Shown: in pieces, positions 1 through 9,328 of the stretch
How the letters are laid out: each line of letters begins with the position of its first letter
How positions within the stretch are numbered: the stretch's first letter is position 1
Assembly (NCBI GenBank): GCA_048884785.1
Contig: JBHLQM010000011.1
Span: 1-30,372, forward strand
Reading direction: 5' to 3'
DNA: 30,372 bases
Source of the DNA: Candidatus Thorarchaeota archaeon
GTDB taxonomy: Archaea > Asgardarchaeota > Thorarchaeia > Thorarchaeales > Thorarchaeaceae
Translations under genes and position numbers: made by a program
Notes under the pieces: generated by a model
The model's database searches: none
What the model saw: the letters and a program-made list of their open reading frames with translations, nothing else
Told to the model about the DNA's origin: nothing

Positions 1-281
1 GCTATGATATGCTCCTTTCCTGTCGCAAGTTCCACAACAACTCTTTGAACAAGGGAGGGGTCTCGAGCGCGGGCTGCCAAATCACTGTAAGAAGACTTCG
101 GGCCAACAATGTACGCGGCTGTCACTCTAGATAAAGCATAGACCAGAACGGCTGCAAAGGCAAAAAGAACAATCGGCAACGTATTAATTCCGAAGAGAGC
201 TGTCATGAAAAATAATGTAATAATGCTCAGTGGAAATAGGCAAAAAGCAAGTATATTCCCTTTTTTCCGACCACCTGACAA
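1..281 (-). CDS. Partial membrane protein (5' end; runs off the window), two N-terminal hydrophobic helices
   Basis: Hand translation from TTG at 281 gives MSGGRKKGNILAFCLFPLSIITLFFMTALFGINTLPIVLFAFAAVLVYALSRVTAAYIVGPKSS..., open to the window edge. A GGTGG SD-like motif lies ~10 nt upstream. Not in the ORF track because it is truncated. Confidence 0.65.
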   Translation of the reverse strand, partial: MSGGRKKGNILAFCLFPLSIITLFFMTALFGINTLPIVLFAFAAVLVYALSRVTAAYIVGPKSSYSDLAARARDPSLVQRVVVELATGKEHII

Positions 282-341
282 AGAACTCCACCACCGAACT
301 TCAAGTACACCATGTATTGAGGCTTAATATCCTTTCATATA

Positions 342-1187
342 TTGAATCAGGATGTGACACCATGTTTTTCTGGTTCATACGCCGAATCCACCATGATAGT
401 ATTGATTGAAATAGTCGATGAAAGCAACAATATAGAAGTTCTAGAAATAATTGGTAGCTCTCCTCTCGAGAATATCATACTAATTGCAGATGTCACGCAA
501 CTCAAAGACTGGTGCACGGTTCGTCTTCTCAGGAAGAGGGGAAGGATCCAGAGTATTTTTTCGCTCTATCGTGACTTGGATTTTTTGGCCGGAGCATTTT
601 GGAGTAAGAATCTTGATTCCTTAAGGAGATTAATTGCCAGCTTTGGGACAACTCTCCGGGGATCCATGATGGTATTCATTTGCACTTCACAGCAGCTCGA
701 AATTCTCACCAGCATAGCAGCTGATGTAGAGCCCTTCAAGGAGCGACAAATGGTAATGGAAGATCCGTCAAAACTGATTTGCGATGATGTTTCTCCTGTT
801 CATCGTTTGTCAATGGAAGATGCAGAAGAGCTTCGTGAGCTATACAGAGTCTGCGGTACGCCTGCCTGGACTCCAAATGCACTGAATCTTGGACCTTTCT
901 TCGGAGTGCGAGATGAGAGAGGTACGATTGTATCAGTTGCAGGAGTCCATTTCGTCACGGAGTATGGCGCAGAAATAGGGAACGTTGCCACCCATCCTAA
1001 TCATCGTCGCAAAGGCTATGCTATGTGCTGCATTGCAGCGGTGACGAAGGAATTACTTGAGGATTCTCAAAGAGTAATACTCCATTTCTTCGAAGAAAAC
1101 GTCGCTGCTCGGCAGTTGTATGAACGGATGGGTTTCGAATATTCTGAAGCGGATCCTGTATACTTTGCAAAAGCAAAGCTACCATGA
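342..1187 (+). CDS. GNAT-family N-acetyltransferase (FR47-like C-terminal domain); true start may be ATG 393 or later
   Basis: Acetyl-CoA motif A 'IGNVATHPNHRRKGYA' and motif B 'NVAARQLYERMGF'. Confidence 0.85.
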   Translation: MNQDVTPCFSGSYAESTMIVLIEIVDESNNIEVLEIIGSSPLENIILIADVTQLKDWCTVRLLRKRGRIQSIFSLYRDLDFLAGAFWSKNLDSLRRLIASFGTTLRGSMMVFICTSQQLEILTSIAADVEPFKERQMVMEDPSKLICDDVSPVHRLSMEDAEELRELYRVCGTPAWTPNALNLGPFFGVRDERGTIVSVAGVHFVTEYGAEIGNVATHPNHRRKGYAMCCIAAVTKELLEDSQRVILHFFEENVAARQLYERMGFEYSEADPVYFAKAKLP

Positions 1188-1194
1188 AATGAAA

Positions 1195-1228
1195 CACAAA
1201 AAAAGTGGTAGAGGGGACAGTTCCCCTC
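1195..1228 (-). terminator. Hairpin plus T-run terminator after SBP paralog 1 (between convergent genes)
   Basis: GAGGGGA-cagt-TCCCCTC at 1211-1228, followed on the minus strand by a T7 run. Confidence 0.6.
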
Positions 1229-1237
1229 ATTCATAGT

Positions 1238-3070
1238 CTATCTGTTACGCATTAAGACATAGCCACCAATAAGGATGACAACAGCAGCGCCTAGACCACC
1301 GACAACAAGTACAAGGGTGAGGTCAGTTCCTCCAGGGCCAGGAGTGGTCGGAGTAGTGGGTGTTGCGCTTCTATCCAAGCCATAGAAATAGTTTGGATTT
1401 CTGGTTAGCTCAACAAACTCTCCAGCAATGTACTCGGACACATAGAATGGACCAGAGGTGACCATTGGAGTAGTGGGTGGATCTGGTTGATATTGTTGCC
1501 AGTCATCTGGGTCAAGACTTTCAAAGACATGCTTTGGAATGATCTCATCATATCCAGCAAGATGAAGGTTCCAATATGACTCACTTGAGTACTCAATAAT
1601 GACTTGGTAGGTAGTTGGAGCGTAGGCTGCAACCATGTTCACCAAATCAGGACCATACGGATTGCCTGCACCATCCTTGTAGTAGTTGAATGTGAAGGCG
1701 ACATCTTCTGCAGTCAGTGGAGTTCCATCGGACCAAGTTGCATTTTGAATCAAATCGAAAGTGATCCTCATGTGACCATCTGGAATAGCACCATTGTCGT
1801 CATGTGTTTCGACAGTCCAAGACTCTGCTAGCCAAGGAATATCATAGCCATCAGGCCCAACCTTGATCAGTTGGTCAAATAGACCATCCAGAACCTGCTG
1901 AGTATAGCCTGATCCTGCAGCCATGTGATTGAAAGTGTCAATATCCTCTGAATTGCTCCAGACAAGTGTACCTCCAAAGGGACCCCCAAGCTCAGGCTTC
2001 AAGTGTACCTTATGGTTTGTCCAAAAGCCAGGAATTCCATCGATTACGGATTCAGTCCATCCATCGAACTTGTCAGTTCTGTAGGGGTAGAGCTGAATGT
2101 TGTTGTAGAGAATAATCTCAGGACTTTCATAGATGAGAATCTTCTGCATCTCAATTGCTGCCTCATAGACTTCCTCAAAGGTTGTACCTGTTGTTAGCTG
2201 GGGAATCCATGAATCAAATGTGGCATTGTTGAAGTTTGGTAGATTCAGGTATGGTTCACCCAAGTAGATTCCACCAAAGTTGGTTTCTAGCCAGTTTACA
2301 TCCAATGTGGTGAAGCTAGTACCCAAGAAGACAATATCATAATCTCCATGGAGGTAAAGCCTATTCAGGTAATCATAGAAGTCTGTTGCTTCGGAATTCC
2401 CATCAATATTCAAGGCAAGTAATGCTTGCTCAAGTATTTCTCCACTCTCAATTGCAATGTTTGACACTGATGCACACTCAACTAGAATGTCAAAATCAGA
2501 TCCGTCAGGAGCCTCTCTGAACCCATCCTCATCTATGTCAAGGAAGCCAGCTTCATCAAGGAGCTGATTACCGTATGCGACATTGGCCTCATAGTAGGTG
2601 TAGGGTAATTGACCCTCAATGCTGAAGACATTGTCAGGAGGAACAGGACTATCTAATGGCTGTGAGAGACCCTCCCAGACATCATCAGAGATGGCCTGCT
2701 TGTCCAGTGCAAAAGCAATGGCTCTGCGAAGAGCAGTTATATTCAACGGATACTTTGCACAGTTTATTTCTACATACCCATAGCCTAGTCTGGGCTTGTG
2801 GAACACCTCAACATTCTCTGCTTCAATTAGTGCCTCTAAGAAGGACGGGTCGAGCTGATCGTCAATCAGATCAATGTCGCCATCCTGCAGGGCAATAACC
2901 CGTTGGTCTTCCTGTGTAATGACATCAAAGACAATCTTGTCAATATATGGACCGCTTTTCTCATGTCCTGGAACAGTTTGCGCCGAAACAAGAAGGGGAG
3001 AAACCGCCATTAAAAGAAAAGCAGCAACCATTGTCATTGCTAATACACGTTTTGTGTTGCTTGACAACAT
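1238..3070 (-). CDS. ABC oligopeptide/dipeptide-binding protein (SBP family 5, OppA/DppA-like), circularly permuted, with signal peptide and C-terminal TM anchor
   Basis: Motifs PWLAESW, WSDGTPLTAEDVAFT, SGPFYV..LTRNPNY, LRRAIAFALDK, LLDEAGF. N-terminal signal peptide, then a Thr/Pro linker, hydrophobic helix and basic tail at the C-terminus. Confidence 0.9.
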   Translation of the reverse strand: MLSSNTKRVLAMTMVAAFLLMAVSPLLVSAQTVPGHEKSGPYIDKIVFDVITQEDQRVIALQDGDIDLIDDQLDPSFLEALIEAENVEVFHKPRLGYGYVEINCAKYPLNITALRRAIAFALDKQAISDDVWEGLSQPLDSPVPPDNVFSIEGQLPYTYYEANVAYGNQLLDEAGFLDIDEDGFREAPDGSDFDILVECASVSNIAIESGEILEQALLALNIDGNSEATDFYDYLNRLYLHGDYDIVFLGTSFTTLDVNWLETNFGGIYLGEPYLNLPNFNNATFDSWIPQLTTGTTFEEVYEAAIEMQKILIYESPEIILYNNIQLYPYRTDKFDGWTESVIDGIPGFWTNHKVHLKPELGGPFGGTLVWSNSEDIDTFNHMAAGSGYTQQVLDGLFDQLIKVGPDGYDIPWLAESWTVETHDDNGAIPDGHMRITFDLIQNATWSDGTPLTAEDVAFTFNYYKDGAGNPYGPDLVNMVAAYAPTTYQVIIEYSSESYWNLHLAGYDEIIPKHVFESLDPDDWQQYQPDPPTTPMVTSGPFYVSEYIAGEFVELTRNPNYFYGLDRSATPTTPTTPGPGGTDLTLVLVVGGLGAAVVILIGGYVLMRNR

Positions 3071-3179
3071 TATTCATTTATCTCCATCTGCCGAGTCGAA
3101 GGCAGATAATTGTCAATAAGACAATCACAATGAGGTTCAGAAATTTTGATTTATAGGAGGCAATGCACTTGAAGCTATA
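3071..3179 (-). promoter_or_regulatory. Promoter and structured 5' leader of SBP paralog 1
   Basis: TATAAAT at 3155-3149 (minus), conserved TATAGCTTCA at 3179-3170, hairpins at 3109-3125 and 3086-3107, GGAGAT before the start. All are positionally conserved with 5111-5218. Confidence 0.6.
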
Positions 3180-3237
3180 CGTGAAATTGGTTATAGTTTC
3201 TTGCGTTAATAGAAATCGCGCTGAAGCGGAATTGCAT

Positions 3238-3271
3238 CAAAAGAAAAAGAGGAGAGGGGAAATTCCCCTCT
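3238..3271 (-). terminator. Hairpin plus T-rich terminator after SBP paralog 2
   Basis: AGAGGGGA-aat-TCCCCTCT at 3253-3271, followed on the minus strand by TCTTTTTCTTTT. Confidence 0.6.
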
Positions 3272-3280
3272 GATTTTGGT

Positions 3281-5110
3281 TTATCTATTGCGCATGATTA
3301 CATAGCCGCCAACTAGAATCACAACAGCTGCACCAATGCTTCCTACAACCAATACAAGCATAAAGTCTATGCCAGTAGTGGGAGTTGTTGGTGTTGGGCT
3401 TGATGTTGTCCTATCTAGACCATAGAAGAAGTCCTCGTAATAGGTCAGTTCCACGAACTCACCAGGAATGAATTCAGTCACAATAAATGGACCTGAAGTC
3501 ACCATTGGAGTAGAAGGTGGATCTGGCTGGTACTGTTGCCAGTCATCAGCGTCGAGCTCCTCGAATATATGCTTTGGTATGATAGCATCATACCCAGCAA
3601 GATGAACATTCCAAAATGACTCAGTGGAAAACTCAACAACGACCTGGTATGTAGTCGGAGCATATACTGCAACTACATTCACAAGGTCAGGACCATATGG
3701 ATTTCCAGCGCCTTCCTTGTAGTAGTTAATTGTAAAGGCGACATCCTCTGCAGTCAACGGAGTTCCATCGGTCCAGGTTGCATTTTGAATCATGTTGTAG
3801 GTGATTTTCATGTGTCCATCAGGAACAGCACTGTTATCATCGTGGGTCTCAACTGTCCAAGACTCTGCAAGCCAAGGAACATCTGCCCCATCAACGCCAA
3901 CGGTTATCAAAGAGTCTAGAAGCATCGATAGGACTTGCTGAGTGTAACCTGAACCAGCAGCCATGTGATTGAAGGTGTCTACATCCTCTGAATTGCTCCA
4001 GACAAGTGTACCTCCAAAGGGACCTCCAAGTTCTGGTTTCAGATGAACCTTCATGTTGGTCCAATAACTGGGAATGCCCGCAAGGACATCCTCCTGCCAC
4101 CCATCGAACTTATCGGTTCTATATGGGTAGAGCTGAATGTTGTTGTAAAGAATGATCTCAGGACATTCATAGACGAATATCCTCTGCATCTCAATCGCAG
4201 CCTCATAGACCTCCTCAAAGGTTGTTCCAGTCTTCAGCTGAGGAATCCATGAGTCAAATGACGCGTTATTGAAGTTTGGTAGATTGAGATATGGTTCAGT
4301 TGCATATTCTGACCCAAACTGTGTTTCGAGCCAATCAACATCAAGTGTTGTGAAGCTTGTGCCCAAAAAGACCATGTCATAATCGCCATGGAAGTAGAGA
4401 CGGTTCAAGTAGTCATAGAAGTCTGTAGGCTGTGAGTCCCCATCAATGTCAAGGGCAACCAATGCTTCAGCAAGAATCTCACCACATTCAATAGCAATGT
4501 TGGATGTTGAGGCACACTCAACGAGGATGTCAAAGTCACTCCCATCAGGAGCCTCTCTGAACCCATCTTCATCTATGTCAAGGAAGCCAGCTTCGTCAAG
4601 GAGCTGATTACCGAATGCGACATTGGCCTCATAGTAGGTGTATGGCAATTGACCCTCAATACTGAATATCGAGCCAGAGGGAATGCAACTGTCCAAAGGT
4701 TGTGAAAGTCCATCCCACACGTCATCAGATATTGCCTGCTTGTCCAATGCAAAAGCAATTGCACGACGAAGAGCAGTAATATTCAGAGGGTATTTTGCAC
4801 AGTTGATTTCAACATAACCATAACCCATTCTGGGCTTGTGAAATACCTCAATATTTTCGGCTTCTACTAATGCCTCCAGAAATGCAGGGTCTAGCTGATC
4901 ATCGATCAGATCAATGTCGCCGTCCTGCAATGCGATAACGCGCTGGTCTTCCTGCGTGATGACATCAAAGACAATTTTGTCAAGATATGGGCCACTCTTA
5001 TAATGTCCCGGAATTGTCTGTGCTGACACCAGTGCAGGTGAAACGGCCATGAACAAAAAGGCAGTGACTAGCGCTATCGCTAGGAAGCGTTTCATATTAT
5101 TTGACAGCAT
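3281..5110 (-). CDS. ABC oligopeptide/dipeptide-binding protein (SBP family 5), circularly permuted; tandem paralog of 1238-3070
   Basis: Colinear and highly similar to the adjacent ORF at a ~2040-nt offset, with the same motifs and anchor architecture. Confidence 0.9.
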   Translation of the reverse strand: MLSNNMKRFLAIALVTAFLFMAVSPALVSAQTIPGHYKSGPYLDKIVFDVITQEDQRVIALQDGDIDLIDDQLDPAFLEALVEAENIEVFHKPRMGYGYVEINCAKYPLNITALRRAIAFALDKQAISDDVWDGLSQPLDSCIPSGSIFSIEGQLPYTYYEANVAFGNQLLDEAGFLDIDEDGFREAPDGSDFDILVECASTSNIAIECGEILAEALVALDIDGDSQPTDFYDYLNRLYFHGDYDMVFLGTSFTTLDVDWLETQFGSEYATEPYLNLPNFNNASFDSWIPQLKTGTTFEEVYEAAIEMQRIFVYECPEIILYNNIQLYPYRTDKFDGWQEDVLAGIPSYWTNMKVHLKPELGGPFGGTLVWSNSEDVDTFNHMAAGSGYTQQVLSMLLDSLITVGVDGADVPWLAESWTVETHDDNSAVPDGHMKITYNMIQNATWTDGTPLTAEDVAFTINYYKEGAGNPYGPDLVNVVAVYAPTTYQVVVEFSTESFWNVHLAGYDAIIPKHIFEELDADDWQQYQPDPPSTPMVTSGPFIVTEFIPGEFVELTYYEDFFYGLDRTTSSPTPTTPTTGIDFMLVLVVGSIGAAVVILVGGYVIMRNR

Positions 5111-5218
5111 AGTATTCTATCTCCATCTTCCGAGTCGAAGATGTATAATTGTCCAATGACAATTAACGATGAGCAAATCTATTCTAGATATATAGCAATC
5201 AATGGCTCTGAAGCTATA
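5111..5218 (-). promoter_or_regulatory. Promoter and structured 5' leader of SBP paralog 2
   Basis: TATATAT at 5194-5188, TATAGCTTCA at 5218-5209, hairpins at 5146-5165 and 5124-5143. Confidence 0.6.
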
Positions 5219-5338
5219 GGTGAGAACGAGCATAGAAATGTGTGCAATCCAACACATGCAAACAGGCAATAAGTCATGTGGCGCCTTCAGCAAGCTATAT
5301 GTTGGTGTTCGCGAGCACAGAAATAGAGGTTGTATATC

Positions 5339-6400
5339 ATGGATTCCAGAATTGAGCAACATGCAAAGATCCTAGTAAATTGGAGCACTGAAATAAAAAG
5401 AGGCGACAATGTTGTGATTGTTGCCAGTCCCCTGGCACACGATCTTGCTGTTGCAGTTACCAAGGAAGTTGCCCGCGCAGGAGGGAACCCAATGACCCTC
5501 ATGAACAGCGAGGAGGTGACCAGAGCATTCTTTGATGGTGCTGATGATGAGACCCTTAAAACAGAACCTCGTCATATGAGAGCTCTAGTGGAAGTTATGG
5601 ATGCTTTCATCTTCATACGATCGCCAATGAATACAACAGCTCTAGCCAATGTTGAGATACCTAGATCTATTATGTATAACAAAGCCAACCAAGAAATAAC
5701 TTCAATACGGCTGTCAAAGAAATGGGTTCTGACAGTACATCCATGTTTGACACTGGCACAGCAAGCCAATATGAGCATGGACGAGTACCAGAATTTTGTG
5801 TATGGTGCAACACTGGTCGACTGGAAAGAAGAGAGCAAGAATCTATTCCTTGTAAAAGAGCATCTTGAAAATCACAAGGATATCCGATACATTGGCCCAG
5901 AAACTGATCTTTATGCTAAGACAGAAGGACGAGTCTGGATAGCATCGGATGGAAAGAAAAACATGCCCAGTGGAGAGGTTTTCACGGCTCCCATCGAAGA
6001 CAGTGTTGAGGGTAAGATATACTTTGATATCCCATTTCTGCAGATGGGCAAAGTCATCGAAGGCGTCAGATTAACTTTCGAGAAGGGGGAAGTTGTTGAC
6101 TTCTCAGCGGAAAAATCACATGATACTCTAAAAGCAATTATCGAGACCGATGATGGATCACGCAGACTGGGAGAGATGGCAATGGGAACAAATAGGGGCA
6201 TCAAGCAATATACTCTGAACATGCTATTTGATGAGAAGATTGGCGATACAATTCACTGCGCACTTGGAAAAGCTTACGCAGAATGTAACGGCATAAATGA
6301 ATCAGCAGTACATGTTGATATGATCAAAACTATGAATGATGGCGAAATATTAGCCGGTGATGAGGTGATCTATTCGAAAGGAAGATACTTCTATGAATGA
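5339..6400 (+). CDS. Aminopeptidase, peptidase M29 (AmpS/PepS/aminopeptidase T) family
   Basis: Motifs NMPSGEVFTAP, LGEMAMG, LFDEKIGDTIHCALG, NESAVHVDM. ATG 5339 (MDSRIEQHAKILV) is preceded by GAGG; the ORF track starts at TTG 5330. Confidence 0.92.
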   Translation: MDSRIEQHAKILVNWSTEIKRGDNVVIVASPLAHDLAVAVTKEVARAGGNPMTLMNSEEVTRAFFDGADDETLKTEPRHMRALVEVMDAFIFIRSPMNTTALANVEIPRSIMYNKANQEITSIRLSKKWVLTVHPCLTLAQQANMSMDEYQNFVYGATLVDWKEESKNLFLVKEHLENHKDIRYIGPETDLYAKTEGRVWIASDGKKNMPSGEVFTAPIEDSVEGKIYFDIPFLQMGKVIEGVRLTFEKGEVVDFSAEKSHDTLKAIIETDDGSRRLGEMAMGTNRGIKQYTLNMLFDEKIGDTIHCALGKAYAECNGINESAVHVDMIKTMNDGEILAGDEVIYSKGRYFYE

Positions 6401-6491
6401 TAGGATCACACGAATACTATTCCCCCTCAAACTTGATGAGTAGCTCAATACAAAATCGAAGAAACGCAGTATACACCTCTAAAAACTTCAT

Positions 6492-6941
6492 ATGCTGAGA
6501 CTTCGGGAGTACATTAGGAAAGTGAGCAAATTGTCAGACTCAAACGATGAACCAAATATGCTCGGATTATGTGCAGGCATGGCAATAATAATGATCTTCT
6601 TTTTCGGAGGGTTCATCTCGATGTTCATGTTTGACATCTGGGAGATGGGTGTTGGTGCAATTCTTTTCTTCATGATGGGAATACCAATGATAGGTGCAAT
6701 TATCGGAATCGCAATCATAATTAAAACAAATGGAGCGTTCGGTATTATGCGGCCTTTCTTGAGCCAAGCTAGATATGGAACAGGAAGGACAGCCGAAAGG
6801 AGTTATGTTCATGAGCCTCCTTCCTTTTGCTCCAGCTGCGGCGGGAGTATCTCTGCCGAGAATATTGAATGGGTTGGACCACTCTCTGTCAAGTGCCCAT
6901 ATTGTGGCGCTACATTGCCAACAGCCAAGAGAGAAGTCTAA
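6492..6941 (+). CDS. Small membrane protein (2 TM) with C-terminal zinc ribbon
   Basis: Two hydrophobic segments, then CSSCGG...CPYCG (2x CxxC). The start may be GTG 6522 or TTG 6531. Confidence 0.7.
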   Translation: MLRLREYIRKVSKLSDSNDEPNMLGLCAGMAIIMIFFFGGFISMFMFDIWEMGVGAILFFMMGIPMIGAIIGIAIIIKTNGAFGIMRPFLSQARYGTGRTAERSYVHEPPSFCSSCGGSISAENIEWVGPLSVKCPYCGATLPTAKREV

Positions 6942-7044
6942 GGCACCCTAAGGACTGTGCCACACCTTCATTTCACTGAAACATAGCACAGAATTTTTAC
7001 AGGATTAATCCAATTGCTTAGGTGCAAAGGACGGAGGAAGAAGA

Positions 7045-7635
7045 TTGTCAAAAAGAATCTACACACGCGCAGGTGATAAAGGGACCACAGGGCTCTTCTC
7101 AGGTGAGAGGATTGAGAAGGATAACATACGCGTAGAAGCATATGGGACAGTTGATGAACTAATCGCAAGTCTTGGTGTGGCGAAGATTCATTCAGGTGAA
7201 AGAATTGAATCGTTGATTCACGAGATACAACAGACATTGTTTCTTATAGCGGCAGATTTAGCTACAAATCGCGATTCAGTAAAAGATGAGAGTCTACTCG
7301 CAAAGATAAGAAGAGTTGGGAAAGAAGACGTCACTCGACTTGAAGTTGTTTCTGATGAATTGGTTGAAGAACTGCCTCTACTAAAGAATTTTGTAATCCC
7401 AGGAGGGACCAAGGGATCTGCTTTCCTGCATGTTGCACGTACAGTATGCAGACGTGCTGAGAGGAGAATTATCTCATACGCAAATGTCAATGAAGTGAAT
7501 CCGGAAATTATTCGATATATGAATAGACTCTCTGACCTGCTGTTTGTCTTTTCAAGGTACGAGAATTTGGAATCAGGGACAGGTGACAATATAATATCAA
7601 GAGATGGCACCAGCAAGCAAACAAAGGATGAATAA
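7045..7635 (+). CDS. pduO: ATP:cob(I)alamin adenosyltransferase, PduO type
   Basis: IYTRAGDKGTTGL, EAYGTVDEL, FVIPGG, LHVARTVCRRAER, YMNRLSDLLF. Confidence 0.95.
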   Translation: MSKRIYTRAGDKGTTGLFSGERIEKDNIRVEAYGTVDELIASLGVAKIHSGERIESLIHEIQQTLFLIAADLATNRDSVKDESLLAKIRRVGKEDVTRLEVVSDELVEELPLLKNFVIPGGTKGSAFLHVARTVCRRAERRIISYANVNEVNPEIIRYMNRLSDLLFVFSRYENLESGTGDNIISRDGTSKQTKDE

Positions 7636-7643
7636 TGTTCAAA

Positions 7644-9236
7644 TTACTGGATTTGCTCTGCGTGCATTCGAATATATTCTCTAAGTCCCTCTGAGAGCTT
7701 GATACGCGAATCCTCCACAGAACCCGTACCTGCTGTATTGATTTCAATTCCAATCTTCTTGATCTCTTTTCTAATCCGCTCCAAATCAACACTATTGGTC
7801 TTTCTCCCTATGCGAAGTGCTTTCAGAATCTCAAATCCATAACTTGCTTCCCAAAGTGGAAGTAAATCAATATCCTCTTCGATTGCCATAAGGTGTACTT
7901 TCTCCAGTTCTTGTTTCCTCAGCTCTAATACCTTGGACGTAATGATAGCTAATTCAGGAATTCGTCTTGACATCCTAACATCGATGAAGTGTGTTGACCC
8001 TCCAGAGTTAAGCTGCTCAATTAGTGCATGACTAACATCGCGTTTCAACTTGTCTTGAACATCACCATAGGAGTGTGTTTCATCTATCTCTTCAAGAATA
8101 GCCATAACATCCCCATCGAATCCTATCAGAAAACTGAGATCAAATGCTTGAAGTATTGCAGCGTTCAGAAAGAATTCTCCCAATGGATTTAGAGTCTTTC
8201 TCAGCTGCTGAAGGCGTCGTGTCAGATTCAAAGTTCCCTCATTTGCAATTATTGATGCAATATCAACACTGCGGGTTTGTGATTTGAATGGCTCAAGACC
8301 TCTTGACCATTTTAGTTTCAATGGAGGGCCAATTAACGGTAGATTTGTGATTCTTGATAGCCCCAGTTTATTTAAAGCAGGCAAGCAGAATAGAGGCGTG
8401 ATATCAATCTCCGCAGCTTTTACACCGCTTAGATCAATTACCTCGATTCGTGAGCAGTTGATCAGCGGATGAAAGTCTATGTTTTCAAGACGATTATTGG
8501 AAACTCCCAATTTCGTTAGATTTTGACAAGCAGACAATGGGGTTAGGTCAAGCTCGGCTATTTGTGTCCAATCAAGGCTTAAAAATGTCAAAGAAGTACA
8601 TCCTTGTAAGGAGGATAGATCCAATTCCGATAGAGGATTTTCGCTCAAATCAAGAACCTGCAGTGCCTTATGGTTTTCAAGAGCTGAAAGATTCACTTCT
8701 CGAATCCAATTATGAGAAAGGTCAAGCTTCTGAAGATTTCTTGCATCCTTTATCGGATCCAGGTCAATTTCGTTCAGTTGATTATTGCTCAGGTTCAATT
8801 CAGACAGATTAGAACATGTCTGGAGTGGTTCTAGGTTAATGTGATGAATATGATTCTGAGCCAGGTTAAGATTCTCGAGTTGAAGACAGCCTCGAAATCC
8901 AGACAGATCGAAGCTCTGTACCAAGTTCTCTGAGAATTGGAATTCACGAAGATTCTCAAAAGTGCCCAACAGAGAGGCGTCAAATCTAAATATCACATTC
9001 TTACGAAGGTCTATCCTTTCAAGATTCTCACTTCCAATCAAGAATGATAGATCGATCTCCTCTAGTTTATTGTCACTAAGATCAACAATATGGAGATTGG
9101 AGAGTTTGCCAGCCTTGATTAAATCAATTTCAAGGATACCCTTTCCGGAGAGATCTATCTTGGTCGTATCTGGTTTGTAGCTGGTAACCTCCTTTAATCG
9201 AGGGCCTCGCTGGAATTCAATAACTACATCTGTCAT
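7644..9236 (-). CDS. Leucine-rich repeat protein (about 11-12 22-aa LRRs plus helical C-terminal domain)
   Basis: Repeated LxxLxLsxNxLxxIDLxxL units, e.g. LSELNLSNNQLNEIDLDPI and LQKLDLSHNWIREVNLSAL. Confidence 0.9.
   Translation of the reverse strand: MTDVVIEFQRGPRLKEVTSYKPDTTKIDLSGKGILEIDLIKAGKLSNLHIVDLSDNKLEEIDLSFLIGSENLERIDLRKNVIFRFDASLLGTFENLREFQFSENLVQSFDLSGFRGCLQLENLNLAQNHIHHINLEPLQTCSNLSELNLSNNQLNEIDLDPIKDARNLQKLDLSHNWIREVNLSALENHKALQVLDLSENPLSELDLSSLQGCTSLTFLSLDWTQIAELDLTPLSACQNLTKLGVSNNRLENIDFHPLINCSRIEVIDLSGVKAAEIDITPLFCLPALNKLGLSRITNLPLIGPPLKLKWSRGLEPFKSQTRSVDIASIIANEGTLNLTRRLQQLRKTLNPLGEFFLNAAILQAFDLSFLIGFDGDVMAILEEIDETHSYGDVQDKLKRDVSHALIEQLNSGGSTHFIDVRMSRRIPELAIITSKVLELRKQELEKVHLMAIEEDIDLLPLWEASYGFEILKALRIGRKTNSVDLERIRKEIKKIGIEINTAGTGSVEDSRIKLSEGLREYIRMHAEQIQ
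8350..9170 (-). repeat. Tandem 22-aa leucine-rich repeats (coding; boundaries approximate)
   Basis: 22-residue periodicity in the translation. Confidence 0.8.
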
Positions 9237-9328
9237 GTGTACAATCCTGCAAAGGCAAATTCAGTTTTAGAGTCTTTCACAGCTGCCAAATGAAACTGTT
9301 TGAATCCCGTTTCCAAGATAGTGAAGTA

